A stretch of DNA of 64,000 bases from an uncultured candidate division Zixibacteria bacterium. Lineage in GTDB: Bacteria > Zixibacteria > MSB-5A5 > UBA10806 > 4484-95. The notes beneath the pieces are model-generated. The model ran no database searches. It was not told where the DNA came from and saw only the letters and a program-made list of their open reading frames with translations. Both the position numbers and the translations under genes were made by a program. This document shows, in pieces, positions 31,511 through 41,630 of the stretch (position 1 is the stretch's first letter; each line of letters starts with the position of its first letter). The stretch lies in the NCBI GenBank assembly GCA_963668625.2, contig CAXXKA010000005.1, positions 188,021 through 252,020 of the forward strand, written 5' to 3'.

Positions 31511-31804
31511 CTAAATCCTATTCGCTTCTGAATTCATCACTAAGTTTTTGAATTCGTTAGATGGTTTAAAAACCGGTATTTTCCTATCCGGAACCGGGAC
31601 TTCTTCGCCCGTTCTTGGATTACGAGCTTTTCTTGCTTTTCTTGGTTTGATCTTAAAAGTGCCAAAACCTCTAATTTCAATATTCTTACCCGATTCTAGA
31701 CTTTTCTTGATAGCATCAAGCATGCTATCAACTGCTGCCGCAACATCAGTTCTGGTAAGGCCGGTTTTTTCAGCAACCTGTTCGACCAGGTCCGCCTTTG
31801 TCAT
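31511..31804 (-). CDS. hup: HU/IHF DNA-binding protein
   Basis: MTKADLV, IEIRGFGTF, ARNPRTGE, FKPS. Confidence 0.93.
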   Translation of the reverse strand: MTKADLVEQVAEKTGLTRTDVAAAVDSMLDAIKKSLESGKNIEIRGFGTFKIKPRKARKARNPRTGEEVPVPDRKIPVFKPSNEFKNLVMNSEANRI

Positions 31805-31832
31805 AACCCTCTCCTCCTATTTTAAACAGTTA

Positions 31833-32066
31833 TCATTTACCTACTGTCAGGGATGCGCAGCCGGCGCAATTGGTCTTGGTGCAACCGCTACATGAAGATG
31901 GTCCGGCCGATGAAACAAAGCCTTTAGAAGAAGTAAAGCCACACACGGACATCTTCCTCTCTATATCCCTACTACTACATGTCGGACAGCTAATGCTTTG
32001 CTCACCCCTCACCAATTCCTCAAATGTGTTATTGCAACTCTGGCATCTAAATTCGTATATCGGCAT
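31833..32066 (-). CDS. FmdB-family zinc-ribbon protein
   Basis: MPIYEFRCQSC...CPTC, plus a C-terminal Cys cluster. Confidence 0.9.
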   Translation of the reverse strand: MPIYEFRCQSCNNTFEELVRGEQSISCPTCSSRDIERKMSVCGFTSSKGFVSSAGPSSCSGCTKTNCAGCASLTVGK

Positions 32067-32083
32067 AAGATACAATTACTCAA

Positions 32084-32980
32084 TCATTTATAAATATATT
32101 CCAGTCTCGGTTCAACACTTTTCTTAACATTACCGTACAAATCTGCAAACAAAGTCTGGGCAATATAGTCCATAACAGTAGGTTTTCGAGGAATTTCCCT
32201 GACTATATCAGGATCCTCACCCAAACCGGCCATTTCTCCGGCTACCGAAATGGCATCCTCTAAACCGCCAAGACGATCCACTAAACCGAGGGAGAGCGCT
32301 TGGTTACCCGTAAATATCGAACCATCAGCAAGTTCCTCAACCTGCACCACATCCATATTACGGCCGTTGGCGACCGCTAATATGAATTGGTCATGGGCAT
32401 CATTAAGGGTTGCCTGAAGCATCTCTCGTTCCTTTTGTGTTAGTTCGCGGCTGTAATTCCCCACATCTTTCAATTCGCCGGCCTTAATGACCTCAAGTTG
32501 AACGCCTATTTTATCCATAAGGCCCTCAAAAGTCAAGTAAGAAAGAATAACGCCTATCGAGCCAACCAGTGTACCTTTGTTTGATATAATCGTATCACAG
32601 GCGCTGGCAATATAATACCCTCCCGAGGCGGCAACAGAGGCAAGTGAGGCAACAACATAAGTCCCCTCATCTCTAACCTTATTTATATAGTTATATATCT
32701 CCTCGGCAGGGGCGGCCGCGCCGCCTGGTGAATCGATACGCACGACGATTGCCGGAACTCTTTCATCCTCACCATATTTGCGGAGCTGTCTAATGATATC
32801 CTCGGACCCGTAAATTACACCCTCAACTTTAACGATAGCTACTCTTTCACCATGAGGAATGAATGCAAAATCCTTATTGGATGACGTCAACCCCCAGATA
32901 GAAAATGCTATCAAAAACAGGAATATAAGTACGATTCCGCTGATTACCAGCCCTACTAAAATGTTACGAGTTCTAGCCAT
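32084..32980 (-). CDS. sppA: Signal peptide peptidase SppA (36K type)
   Basis: IDSPGG, AASGGYY, GSIGV. Confidence 0.95.
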   Translation of the reverse strand: MARTRNILVGLVISGIVLIFLFLIAFSIWGLTSSNKDFAFIPHGERVAIVKVEGVIYGSEDIIRQLRKYGEDERVPAIVVRIDSPGGAAAPAEEIYNYINKVRDEGTYVVASLASVAASGGYYIASACDTIISNKGTLVGSIGVILSYLTFEGLMDKIGVQLEVIKAGELKDVGNYSRELTQKEREMLQATLNDAHDQFILAVANGRNMDVVQVEELADGSIFTGNQALSLGLVDRLGGLEDAISVAGEMAGLGEDPDIVREIPRKPTVMDYIAQTLFADLYGNVKKSVEPRLEYIYK

Positions 32981-33033
32981 ATTCGCGGGTAAATGTATGA
33001 GAATGAATTGCTAATGTCAATTCTTTTCTAAAC

Positions 33034-35058
33034 TTAACGGGAATAAATTTTCAGGATATCGCCCCGTTTCAGGTATCTGGGGTTTGTTATATTATTCCAA
33101 TCCATAAGTTCGCGAATACTGACATTAAAATGTTGGGAAATCTTCCAGAGCGAATCACCTCGCTTAACCTTATAGCTTACAGGATCTTTCGAGGTACTAC
33201 TTGATGCTATACTTGAGCCGGATTGCGGAATTTTAAGTTTCATATTAGGATAGATTCTATTCGAGGACAAGCGATTATGTGATTTTAAAACCTCGATTGA
33301 AATACCGAACTTGCTTGCAATTTTGAATAATGAATCGCCGCGCCTGACAATATACACCCCCGTTTTCGAGGAGGCATTAGAATTAGCCCTGGCTGTACTG
33401 CTATTGCCGGGAATAATCAACTTGCGCCCGGGGTATATCCGGTTGGAGGATAAGCTATTGGCTCTTTTCAAGCTGGATAAACTTACACCATGAGCTTTGG
33501 CTATCTCCCATAACGTATCGCCTCGTCTGACTTTATACGAGCCACTGCTGGAGGGTATCACACTCGAGGAGTAATTAGCCCAGGAGCCACCGGTTGTAGG
33601 CACCATTAATTTTTGCCCGACAAATATGCGATACGGCCTGGTTAAGTTATTAGCGGAAATAATCGAGGACATCGAGACGCCGTATTTCTTGGCAATTGTC
33701 GAGACGGTCTGTCCTTTTCGCACTTTGTGTTGAACCCAGTTGGTGCTCTTTTCAGAGGGGATTTTGTCGTAAGAGGCCAGGAATTTTTCCTGATGGCCTT
33801 TAGTAATTCTGAGCTTATAGTTTTTAACATCCGGCGGAGTCACACCACGGATCAGCTCCGGGTTAAGTTCCTCCAGCGCGGGCACGCTAACCCCCGTATG
33901 CTTGGCGATATTGGCAAATGTCATGCATTTGGATATCTCGACAACATCCCATTCCAATGTCTTTTGATATTTAGGCGCGAAACCATATTTCTCCGGTTGC
34001 TTGGCTATCATGGTTGCGGCCATATAAAGCGGTACATAATTGCGTGTTTGTTTCAGTAATTTCAGTTTCCAAAAATCCCGGGTTTTCTGACGTTTGATCA
34101 AACGCCTTACTCTGCCCTCGCCACCGTTATAAGAGGCTAACGCCAGTTCCCACGAATCAAATTCCTCGTAGAGATCACGCAAATACCTGGCGGCCGCCCT
34201 GGTCGATTTCTCGAAATCACGACGCTCATCATACCACCAATTCCTTTTCATACCATACCGTCTACCGGTAGCATAGATAAACTGCCACGGGCCAACAGCC
34301 CTGGCGTATGAATAGGCGTGAACGTTAAAGCCCGACTCTATAAGCGGCAGGTAAACCAGGTCGCTGGGTACGCCTTCCTCCTCGAGTATTTTTTCCATGA
34401 CCGGAATATACTTGGTGGAGCGACTCAGGAACCGTTCGAATGATTCATGGGCAACTGTCTGGTAATATGCCAGACAATTTTCAACTTTAGTGTTTAAATA
34501 TATCGGGACATTGTAGGTAACCGAATCTTTGGATGGCAGATGAAATTGCCCGGATTCTTTTAACTGTTTGAAATTTTTGATATCGGAAAACAGCTCCCGA
34601 AACGCCACCGCCGATCCCTCCGAATACAACACTCCCGAGGTCATCAGTGTTAGACGGTAGTCGGATTCTATCTCCTTCAACAGGGTTTCCAGCCATCGGG
34701 TCTCCGAGGGAAATACATCGGTATCGAAATCAACCTCCGAAAGCATCATTAATGCCTCCTCGAATGCGATCTGCGAGGAGTCCAGGACATTCATCTGATA
34801 ATACATGACACCATCGGTGTAATGGTTTTCTGCAGCGGTTAGTGCCTGACGAATTTCGGTAAGCTGACTCGAGTCGGCAATTATATAATCATCACTATAA
34901 TTAGCAGTATTAGTCTCGGTATCACCGGTTGCGATAGAAACACCGCGGTTCGTGTGCGAACATCCGGCTATAATCAAAATTAATGCAATGAGCCCTATGA
35001 AATTCTTCAAAACATCTCTCCTTTTATTGTAACTCGTTGCATATAATACGATTGACAC
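33034..35058 (-). CDS. mltD: Lytic murein transglycosylase with four LysM domains
   Basis: LIESGF, AVGPWQF, ASYNGG, TRNYVP; repeated YxVRRGDxL. Confidence 0.9.
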   Translation of the reverse strand: MSIVLYATSYNKRRDVLKNFIGLIALILIIAGCSHTNRGVSIATGDTETNTANYSDDYIIADSSQLTEIRQALTAAENHYTDGVMYYQMNVLDSSQIAFEEALMMLSEVDFDTDVFPSETRWLETLLKEIESDYRLTLMTSGVLYSEGSAVAFRELFSDIKNFKQLKESGQFHLPSKDSVTYNVPIYLNTKVENCLAYYQTVAHESFERFLSRSTKYIPVMEKILEEEGVPSDLVYLPLIESGFNVHAYSYARAVGPWQFIYATGRRYGMKRNWWYDERRDFEKSTRAAARYLRDLYEEFDSWELALASYNGGEGRVRRLIKRQKTRDFWKLKLLKQTRNYVPLYMAATMIAKQPEKYGFAPKYQKTLEWDVVEISKCMTFANIAKHTGVSVPALEELNPELIRGVTPPDVKNYKLRITKGHQEKFLASYDKIPSEKSTNWVQHKVRKGQTVSTIAKKYGVSMSSIISANNLTRPYRIFVGQKLMVPTTGGSWANYSSSVIPSSSGSYKVRRGDTLWEIAKAHGVSLSSLKRANSLSSNRIYPGRKLIIPGNSSTARANSNASSKTGVYIVRRGDSLFKIASKFGISIEVLKSHNRLSSNRIYPNMKLKIPQSGSSIASSSTSKDPVSYKVKRGDSLWKISQHFNVSIRELMDWNNITNPRYLKRGDILKIYSR

Positions 35059-35064
35059 TTTAAG

Positions 35065-35985
35065 TCAAGTACTTTTAAGGTAATTGTCAGATAATTCATA
35101 AATTTCTTTTTCAAAATCCTTAATAGTTGGATCGAACCAGTTGATTCGATCATTCTTACGGAACCAGGTTAACTGCCTTTTGGCGTAGTTTCTATGATGT
35201 TGTTTTACTTTTGATATCGCCTCATCGCGGGGTATATCGTTGTCAAACATACAAGCGATCATATCGGTATAACCAATCATCTTTCTTTTTCGTACGAAAC
35301 CAAGATAAGGTTCCAATTTCTTTACCTCTGCCTCAAATCCCATATCTATCATAGTATCGACACGTTTATTAATTCGTTCATACAGTTCTTTTCGATTAAA
35401 AGTAATTCCGAGCCACAACGGGTTCCCCAATGAGGGCAAATACTCGCCGTCTCTCTGAAGTTCCGTAATCGTGGAGCCTGTTTGATGGTGAATCTCTAAT
35501 GCCCTGTATAATCTGGCGGTATCCCTCGGTTTTAGCCTGCCGGCTGTTTCCTCATCGACAAGCGCCAGCATATCATGGAGTTTCTCGATACCGAATTTCT
35601 CGACTATATCATCCAGGCGTTTTCGGTATTCCGGGTCGGGCTGCGGAGATTTGAATATGCCTTCGGTCAAAGCTTTCAGATATAAACCGGTGCCGCCAAC
35701 CACTATCGGCAATATGTCTTTAGCGCTCAATTCGGTCATCAACTCCCGCGCCATCCGGGCATACTGGTAGGCGGAAAACATCTCGTTTAGCTCCAGAATA
35801 TCAAACAGGTGATGTTTAACCTTTGCCATCTCTTCCGGGGTCGGTTTGGCCGTGCCTATAGTCGTATGCTTATATATCTGACGGGAATCGGCGTTGACTA
35901 TCTCGCCGCCATAGCGACGGGCGAGTTTTATCCCGAGGCCGGTTTTGCCGGTGCAGGTAGGGCCGCATACTATAATGAAATTCAT
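35065..35985 (-). CDS. miaA: tRNA dimethylallyltransferase
   Basis: GPTCTGKT, DSRQIY, GGTGLY, YAKRQLTWFR. Confidence 0.97.
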   Translation of the reverse strand: MNFIIVCGPTCTGKTGLGIKLARRYGGEIVNADSRQIYKHTTIGTAKPTPEEMAKVKHHLFDILELNEMFSAYQYARMARELMTELSAKDILPIVVGGTGLYLKALTEGIFKSPQPDPEYRKRLDDIVEKFGIEKLHDMLALVDEETAGRLKPRDTARLYRALEIHHQTGSTITELQRDGEYLPSLGNPLWLGITFNRKELYERINKRVDTMIDMGFEAEVKKLEPYLGFVRKRKMIGYTDMIACMFDNDIPRDEAISKVKQHHRNYAKRQLTWFRKNDRINWFDPTIKDFEKEIYELSDNYLKST

Positions 35986-37775
35986 CTGCGCTTGAATATC
36001 TTCTCTAAATCTTCACGGGATATTGTCACCACGGTAGGCCGCCCGTGTGGGCAGCGATAAGGCTCCTGGCATCTGAACAGCTTGATAAAAAGCCCCTGCA
36101 TCTGCTCCTGCGACAGGTTCTCCCCCGCCTTGATAGCGGCATGGCAGGCAACCGAGGAGGCCAACGCCATAATCGGGTCCTCGCCGGTGGAGAGATTGTC
36201 GGAGAACTCCGACAGCAGATCACGGAACATCTTCTCGATCGAGGGTTTCTCGAAATAAGCAGGCACGCCCCGAATGATAACCGCCGTGTTGCCGAATGGC
36301 TCTATCTCGAAACCGATACGGTTAAACAACGCCTGATGATCGTTGAAGGCGTTCATCTCGGGCGGTGACAGCTCTATATTGATATCGAATAACAACCGCT
36401 GTGAGGTTCCCTGCCTCTCATAGAGATTGTTCATCGCTTCCTCGTACAATACTCGTTCGTGGGCGGCGTGCTGGTCGATCATCCAGATTTTGCCCTCGCG
36501 CATACCCATCACATAGCTGTTGTACAGTTGCCAGAAATGTTCGCCGCCTATCGCCAACTGTTGCTCGGTCTCGTGGCGAACCTCATCGAATTTATCGGCG
36601 TTGCGCGTATACTCCGGTCGACTGTAACCATTGACGCCGTTGCGGATTTTCATGTGATCGCCGTTCACCTGCGGGGTATCATCACCGGGCTGAGGTATAT
36701 GCGGAGTCACCTGGGATGTATCTTTATCGAATATCGATTTGGAGTAGTTGCCGTTACGCTGCGAGGAGGCCACCGAAAACAGCGCCGGCAACTGCACGGC
36801 TGTCTCGACCAGCTTACGTATCTGTCCATACAGGAACCGTTCGTTGGCAAACCGCACCTCGGTTTTGGCTGGATGCACGTTGACATCCACGGCCTGCCCG
36901 TCCATCTCGATGAACAGCGCCGCCAATGGGAAATAGCCTGAATCGAGCGTGTTGCCATAGCCGGAGCGCAGGGCATGCAAAAGCGACATATCATAAATCG
37001 GGCGGCCGTTCACAATCAGATGCATCTGGTTGCGATTGCCCCGGTTTACGCTGGGATGCGTGATGTAGCCGAATATCTTGATATTCTCGGCCGGGTTATC
37101 CTCGATCTCGATTAGTCGCGAGCCGACCGAGTTGCCCCATATTCGCTGAAGGCGATCTATCAGGTTGTTATCTTTCGGGAAATTGACGGTCTCTTTGCCA
37201 TCCGATTTCAGTTTCATGCCGATATGCGGGCAACACACCGCATATTTGGTATATAACGCTGTTACTTTACGGTTTTCCGAGGTCTCGGATTTCATGAATT
37301 TGCGACGCGCGGGGGTATTATAAAATAGCTGCTTTACGGCTATGGATGTCCCCGGTCTGGGTGGTGACGGCTCGAATACGGTCTCGGCGCCGCCTTCCAT
37401 CACGATACGCCTGCCCTCGGCCGCCTCTTTCTCGGCGGTAATCATCTCGACAATGCTGACCGAGGCGATCGCCGGCAGGGCCTCTCCCCTGAATCCGTAG
37501 CTGAATATTGCCTGGAGGTCGTCCTCGACATGTATTTTGGAGGTGGCGTGACGGTCGAACGCCGTGCGCACCTGCTCAATGGGGATACCATCGCCGTTAT
37601 CGATCAGGCTGATAAGCCGGGAGCCGCCGCGTTCGATAGTCAGATCGAGGCTATCGGCGTGGGCATCCAGGGCGTTTTCCATAAGCTCTTTGACCACCGA
37701 GGCGGGATTTTCGACAACCTCCCCGGCGGCTATTTTATCGATAAGGTGATCGGGTAATTTCTGTATCGCGGTCAC
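35982..37775 (-). CDS. mutL: DNA mismatch repair protein MutL
   Basis: IAAGEVVENPASVVKEL, GFRGEAL, DQHAAHER, CPHGRP. Confidence 0.99.
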   Translation of the reverse strand: MTAIQKLPDHLIDKIAAGEVVENPASVVKELMENALDAHADSLDLTIERGGSRLISLIDNGDGIPIEQVRTAFDRHATSKIHVEDDLQAIFSYGFRGEALPAIASVSIVEMITAEKEAAEGRRIVMEGGAETVFEPSPPRPGTSIAVKQLFYNTPARRKFMKSETSENRKVTALYTKYAVCCPHIGMKLKSDGKETVNFPKDNNLIDRLQRIWGNSVGSRLIEIEDNPAENIKIFGYITHPSVNRGNRNQMHLIVNGRPIYDMSLLHALRSGYGNTLDSGYFPLAALFIEMDGQAVDVNVHPAKTEVRFANERFLYGQIRKLVETAVQLPALFSVASSQRNGNYSKSIFDKDTSQVTPHIPQPGDDTPQVNGDHMKIRNGVNGYSRPEYTRNADKFDEVRHETEQQLAIGGEHFWQLYNSYVMGMREGKIWMIDQHAAHERVLYEEAMNNLYERQGTSQRLLFDINIELSPPEMNAFNDHQALFNRIGFEIEPFGNTAVIIRGVPAYFEKPSIEKMFRDLLSEFSDNLSTGEDPIMALASSVACHAAIKAGENLSQEQMQGLFIKLFRCQEPYRCPHGRPTVVTISREDLEKIFKRR

Positions 37776-38013
37776 TTCAATTGTTTCCTATTTCATGCAG
37801 AGGTACAAACATCACGGCCTTTTTATCTCATATCGGGTATAATTGCAAATGGTTTTTGGGGGGATGTCAAATAAAGGGGGTATGCTGCTAAAAGAGGCTG
37901 ATGATCCCCGGTTTCCAAAACCGGATGCCAGTGATTTATGTGTCTATTTTGCTTGATAATATGGCTTAGAGTATTTATATTCTGTTATAACTGAAATAAC
38001 AGGGGATTTTATT

Positions 38014-39927
38014 ATGTCATATCTGATAGAAAAGTGGTATTTGCCGGATGATTTAAAAAATACTTACAAGCCTTCAAATGAAGATTGTATAGAAGATTTA
38101 TCTAAAGTTAATATTTTTATTGGACCTAATAATTCAGGGAAGAGCAGGTTTTTAAGAGCATTGTACTTTCTTCATGAGGAAATGATAAAACCAAGTGGCT
38201 TCCCATCAAGTGAAATTAATGACATATTCGAAAAACATATTGATAATTTTAATACTCTGAAGAATGAAGCTATGTTAGATATATTTTGGGAGTATCTTCA
38301 TATGCTAAGTACAACTAAATTAAAAGATAGTATTAAAACAAAAACTAAAATCATAGAAAATTATTTAAGCTATATTGTACAAGTGACGCGTATTCCTGAT
38401 TTGCCTATCGCCCGAACAATAGGAGATAAAGAAAAAGCCGAGAATTTTTCTCAATTATTACAATCGTCAAATATGAATTTTCGAAACGATATAATGAAGT
38501 TGCTAAAAAGCCGTCTACCAAAGGAATACAAGTTCTATAAAATCTACATTCCAGTATTAAGAGGCTTGAGGCCATTAATCCCCGAACAAGAAGTGACAGA
38601 AGACTTTTACCTGAATCGAACAAAATATGATTATTTTCAGAACAAAGATATGCATATACTAAATTTTAATACATTTACTGGTTTGAATTTATATGAAAGA
38701 ATGAAAGAACATTTACTTGGCGATTTAGATAAGCGTGAATTTATAAAAAAGTTTGAAGTATTTCTTAGCACAAATTTCTTCGAGAATCAAACAATAGCAA
38801 TAATTCCGAAATATGAAGGAAAAAATGATGTTGTCCATGTCAAAATTGGCAATGAAGAATACCCTATTCACAAATTAGGCGATGGAATTCAACATCTAAT
38901 TATAATGCTATTCCCTATTTTCCTAAACAAAGGAAAAGACTTGTTGCTTTTTATCGAAGAACCTGAGCTTTATCTTCACCCTGGCCTACAAAGGAAGCTA
39001 TTACAAATTCTCACGGATTTCGGTGATAATAATGATAAGGAAAACGGAAGCTTGCAAGTATTTCTAACCACTCACTCTAACCACTTCCTTGATATGACTC
39101 TTGATTTTGATAATATATCTGTATACAAATTTACGAAGAAATTTAGTGATGGTTCTAAAACAAATGCCGTTTTCGAAATTGAAAATACCAGCAATGATGA
39201 CCGTAACGTGCTTAAATGTCTTGGCGTAAATAACTCCTCGGTATTGCTATCAAACTGTACTATCTGGGTTGAGGGTATAACTGATAGAATGTATCTGAGG
39301 CATTACTTAAAACTATACCAAGAAGCAAATCCAGATAAAATCGAAAACTTCAAGGTATTCGAGGAGGATAAGCATTATTCATTTGTAGAATATTCAGGGA
39401 ATAATATCACCCATTGGTCGTTTCTTGATGATGAAAGCGGTATGAATGTTGAAAAGCTTTGTGGAACTTTATTATTAATAACTGACAAAGACATAGGCAA
39501 AGATGAACGACATGAGAAGTTGAAAGAGAGTCTCGGTGAAAATTATTATCTACTTACGGTAAAAGAAATTGAAAATCTCTTAACTCTTCAAGTAATAAAA
39601 AAGATTATGTTAGATTATGGAGAATCAGCAGAAAATATTAAGATTCCCAAAAATAATACTGCTTATAAGAATAGGTATCTTGGCAAATATATTGAAGATA
39701 AATTGTTGATTGAAAAACAAAAAACTCATCGAAGAAATAAAGAAAGACCTTATAGCGATAAATCAGGCACAATTAAAGATAAAACAGCATTCGCTAACAA
39801 AGCTATAAATGCAATAGAATCATATGATGATCTTTCAGAAGAAGCTCAATCGTTATGCGAAAAGATATATGAGTTCATCAAACGCAATAACCCCGATTCA
39901 GAGCTGCAAAGCAATATCCCATCATAG
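38014..39927 (+). CDS. OLD-like ABC ATPase plus TOPRIM nuclease
   Basis: GPNNSGKS, LGDG, IEEPELYLHP, TTHS; TOPRIM VEGITD, TDKD, EIEN; very AT-rich. Confidence 0.8.
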   Translation: MSYLIEKWYLPDDLKNTYKPSNEDCIEDLSKVNIFIGPNNSGKSRFLRALYFLHEEMIKPSGFPSSEINDIFEKHIDNFNTLKNEAMLDIFWEYLHMLSTTKLKDSIKTKTKIIENYLSYIVQVTRIPDLPIARTIGDKEKAENFSQLLQSSNMNFRNDIMKLLKSRLPKEYKFYKIYIPVLRGLRPLIPEQEVTEDFYLNRTKYDYFQNKDMHILNFNTFTGLNLYERMKEHLLGDLDKREFIKKFEVFLSTNFFENQTIAIIPKYEGKNDVVHVKIGNEEYPIHKLGDGIQHLIIMLFPIFLNKGKDLLLFIEEPELYLHPGLQRKLLQILTDFGDNNDKENGSLQVFLTTHSNHFLDMTLDFDNISVYKFTKKFSDGSKTNAVFEIENTSNDDRNVLKCLGVNNSSVLLSNCTIWVEGITDRMYLRHYLKLYQEANPDKIENFKVFEEDKHYSFVEYSGNNITHWSFLDDESGMNVEKLCGTLLLITDKDIGKDERHEKLKESLGENYYLLTVKEIENLLTLQVIKKIMLDYGESAENIKIPKNNTAYKNRYLGKYIEDKLLIEKQKTHRRNKERPYSDKSGTIKDKTAFANKAINAIESYDDLSEEAQSLCEKIYEFIKRNNPDSELQSNIPS

Positions 39928-39929
39928 CC

Positions 39930-40039
39930 GAGTAGCTCAGGAGCTGTAGCTCCTGAGGAGCCGCAAGGCGATATGTAATACGTGCGAATCGTCAGACTTC
40001 TCTACCCCGTGTCGGGAGCCACGGCTCGCCGACTTACTC
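39930..40039. repeat. GTAG-type REP doublet (REPIN-like)
   Basis: GTAG-CTCAGGAGCTGTAGCTCCTGAG plus inverted partner GTCGGGAGCCACGGCTCGCCGAC-TTAC. Confidence 0.6.
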
Positions 40040-40157
40040 CCCTACACTCAAACAGCAGATATGAATATATACCGGCCAAGAAGTAATAATCTGATAAAGA
40101 AAAAAGCCGGATCAAATAACCCGGCTTCGAATATGCTAAATCTTTTCTCTGTGATTA

Positions 40158-41342
40158 CTACTTAGCCACCGCGCGCTTCTCGATCATCTCGCGGACATCC
40201 TTGATACCGGCGATTGCCTTATCGATATGCTCCTCGGTGTTGAATGCGCCTATGCCGAAACGCACAGTGCCGTGCATCTCCTCGGTGCCTATCTGGCGAT
40301 GTACCAGCGGGGCGCACTGAAGGCCCGTGCGGGTAGCGATGTTGTGCTCGACATCAAGGATAGTGCCGACATTACCGGCATCCATACCCTCGATATTGAT
40401 CGAGATGGTGGCCAGATGGTTATCCAGGCTGTCGCATTTGTATATTATCACACCCTCGATCTCTCGTAAGCCATCAACCAGCCTCTGCGCCAGCTTCATC
40501 TCGTGCTTGTAGATATTCTCTACGCCGCGTTCGTCCATCCACTCCTGCCCGGCCCAGAGCGAGGCCACGCCGACCATATTGGGCGTGCCGAACTCCATGC
40601 GGTAGGGGTAACGTTCCAGGTGGTACGGGTAAGCCGAATCGACACCGGTGCCGCCGGCGCGAGTTTGCCGGATTTCGACATCCTTGCGCACGACCATGCC
40701 GCCGATACCGGTCGAGCCCATCATGGCTTTATGCCCGGTGAACGCCAGTATATCGATATTCATCTCTTTCATATTGATCGGTACCACACCGGCGGTCTGC
40801 GAGGAGTCGATGGCGAATGTCACGCCGGCCTCTCTGCATATCTTGCCGATCTCGGCCACCGGTTGTATCGTGCCTATGACATTGGAGCCATGATTGACTA
40901 TCACCAGAGTGGTATTGCTCTTGATAGCTTTCTTGATCTCGGCGGGATCGACGAAACCGTTATTATCGAACGGTACGAACGTGGCCTCGGCGCCATTGTC
41001 ACGCACCATCAGGTTGACCGGCCTGATCACCGAGTTGTGTTCGACATTAGTGGTCACGACATGGTCGCCCTTGCCGACTAAGCCCTGTACGATCAGGTTG
41101 AGAGAATCGGTGGCATTATAGCTGAAACACATACGCTCCGGGGCATCCTCATCCCCGCCGAAAAACTTCGTCAGGCGTTTGCGTAAATCCTCGATTATGT
41201 TGCCTGCCTCGATAGCCATATCGAAACCGGAGCGGCCGGGATTAACGCCGGTGCTGCGGTAGAACTCATCCATGAACCGGTAGACATTATCGGGTTTTGG
41301 CCAGGCGGTGGCGGCATTATCCAGGTAAATTAATTTATCCAT
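40158..41342 (-). CDS. Class V PLP aminotransferase, cysteine desulfurase family
   Basis: YLDNAAT, EHNSV, DSSQTAG, FTGHK, RTGLQCAP. Confidence 0.93.
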   Translation of the reverse strand: MDKLIYLDNAATAWPKPDNVYRFMDEFYRSTGVNPGRSGFDMAIEAGNIIEDLRKRLTKFFGGDEDAPERMCFSYNATDSLNLIVQGLVGKGDHVVTTNVEHNSVIRPVNLMVRDNGAEATFVPFDNNGFVDPAEIKKAIKSNTTLVIVNHGSNVIGTIQPVAEIGKICREAGVTFAIDSSQTAGVVPINMKEMNIDILAFTGHKAMMGSTGIGGMVVRKDVEIRQTRAGGTGVDSAYPYHLERYPYRMEFGTPNMVGVASLWAGQEWMDERGVENIYKHEMKLAQRLVDGLREIEGVIIYKCDSLDNHLATISINIEGMDAGNVGTILDVEHNIATRTGLQCAPLVHRQIGTEEMHGTVRFGIGAFNTEEHIDKAIAGIKDVREMIEKRAVAK

Positions 41343-41630
41343 TTATATTACTCCATTACTTGACGGGGAAAATTTATTTGAGGGAAAGCCCCCGAAATCT
41401 AACTTCCTATTTCTACAATCACTCTCCATAATGGGCTATGATAATACCTATGAGCTAATTTGGCAAGCATTAGGTTGGGAATTATTGATTGTTTTGTCAC
41501 TATTACAAATTCGGTTAATCTGGTTATTTTGATGGAATAATTTATCTTTTGGGGCATATAATAAGATGGAGGGAATATGTTTAGAGAGAGTTGTTGTACC
41601 GGCTCATATTCTCAATATTTATAATCAAAA

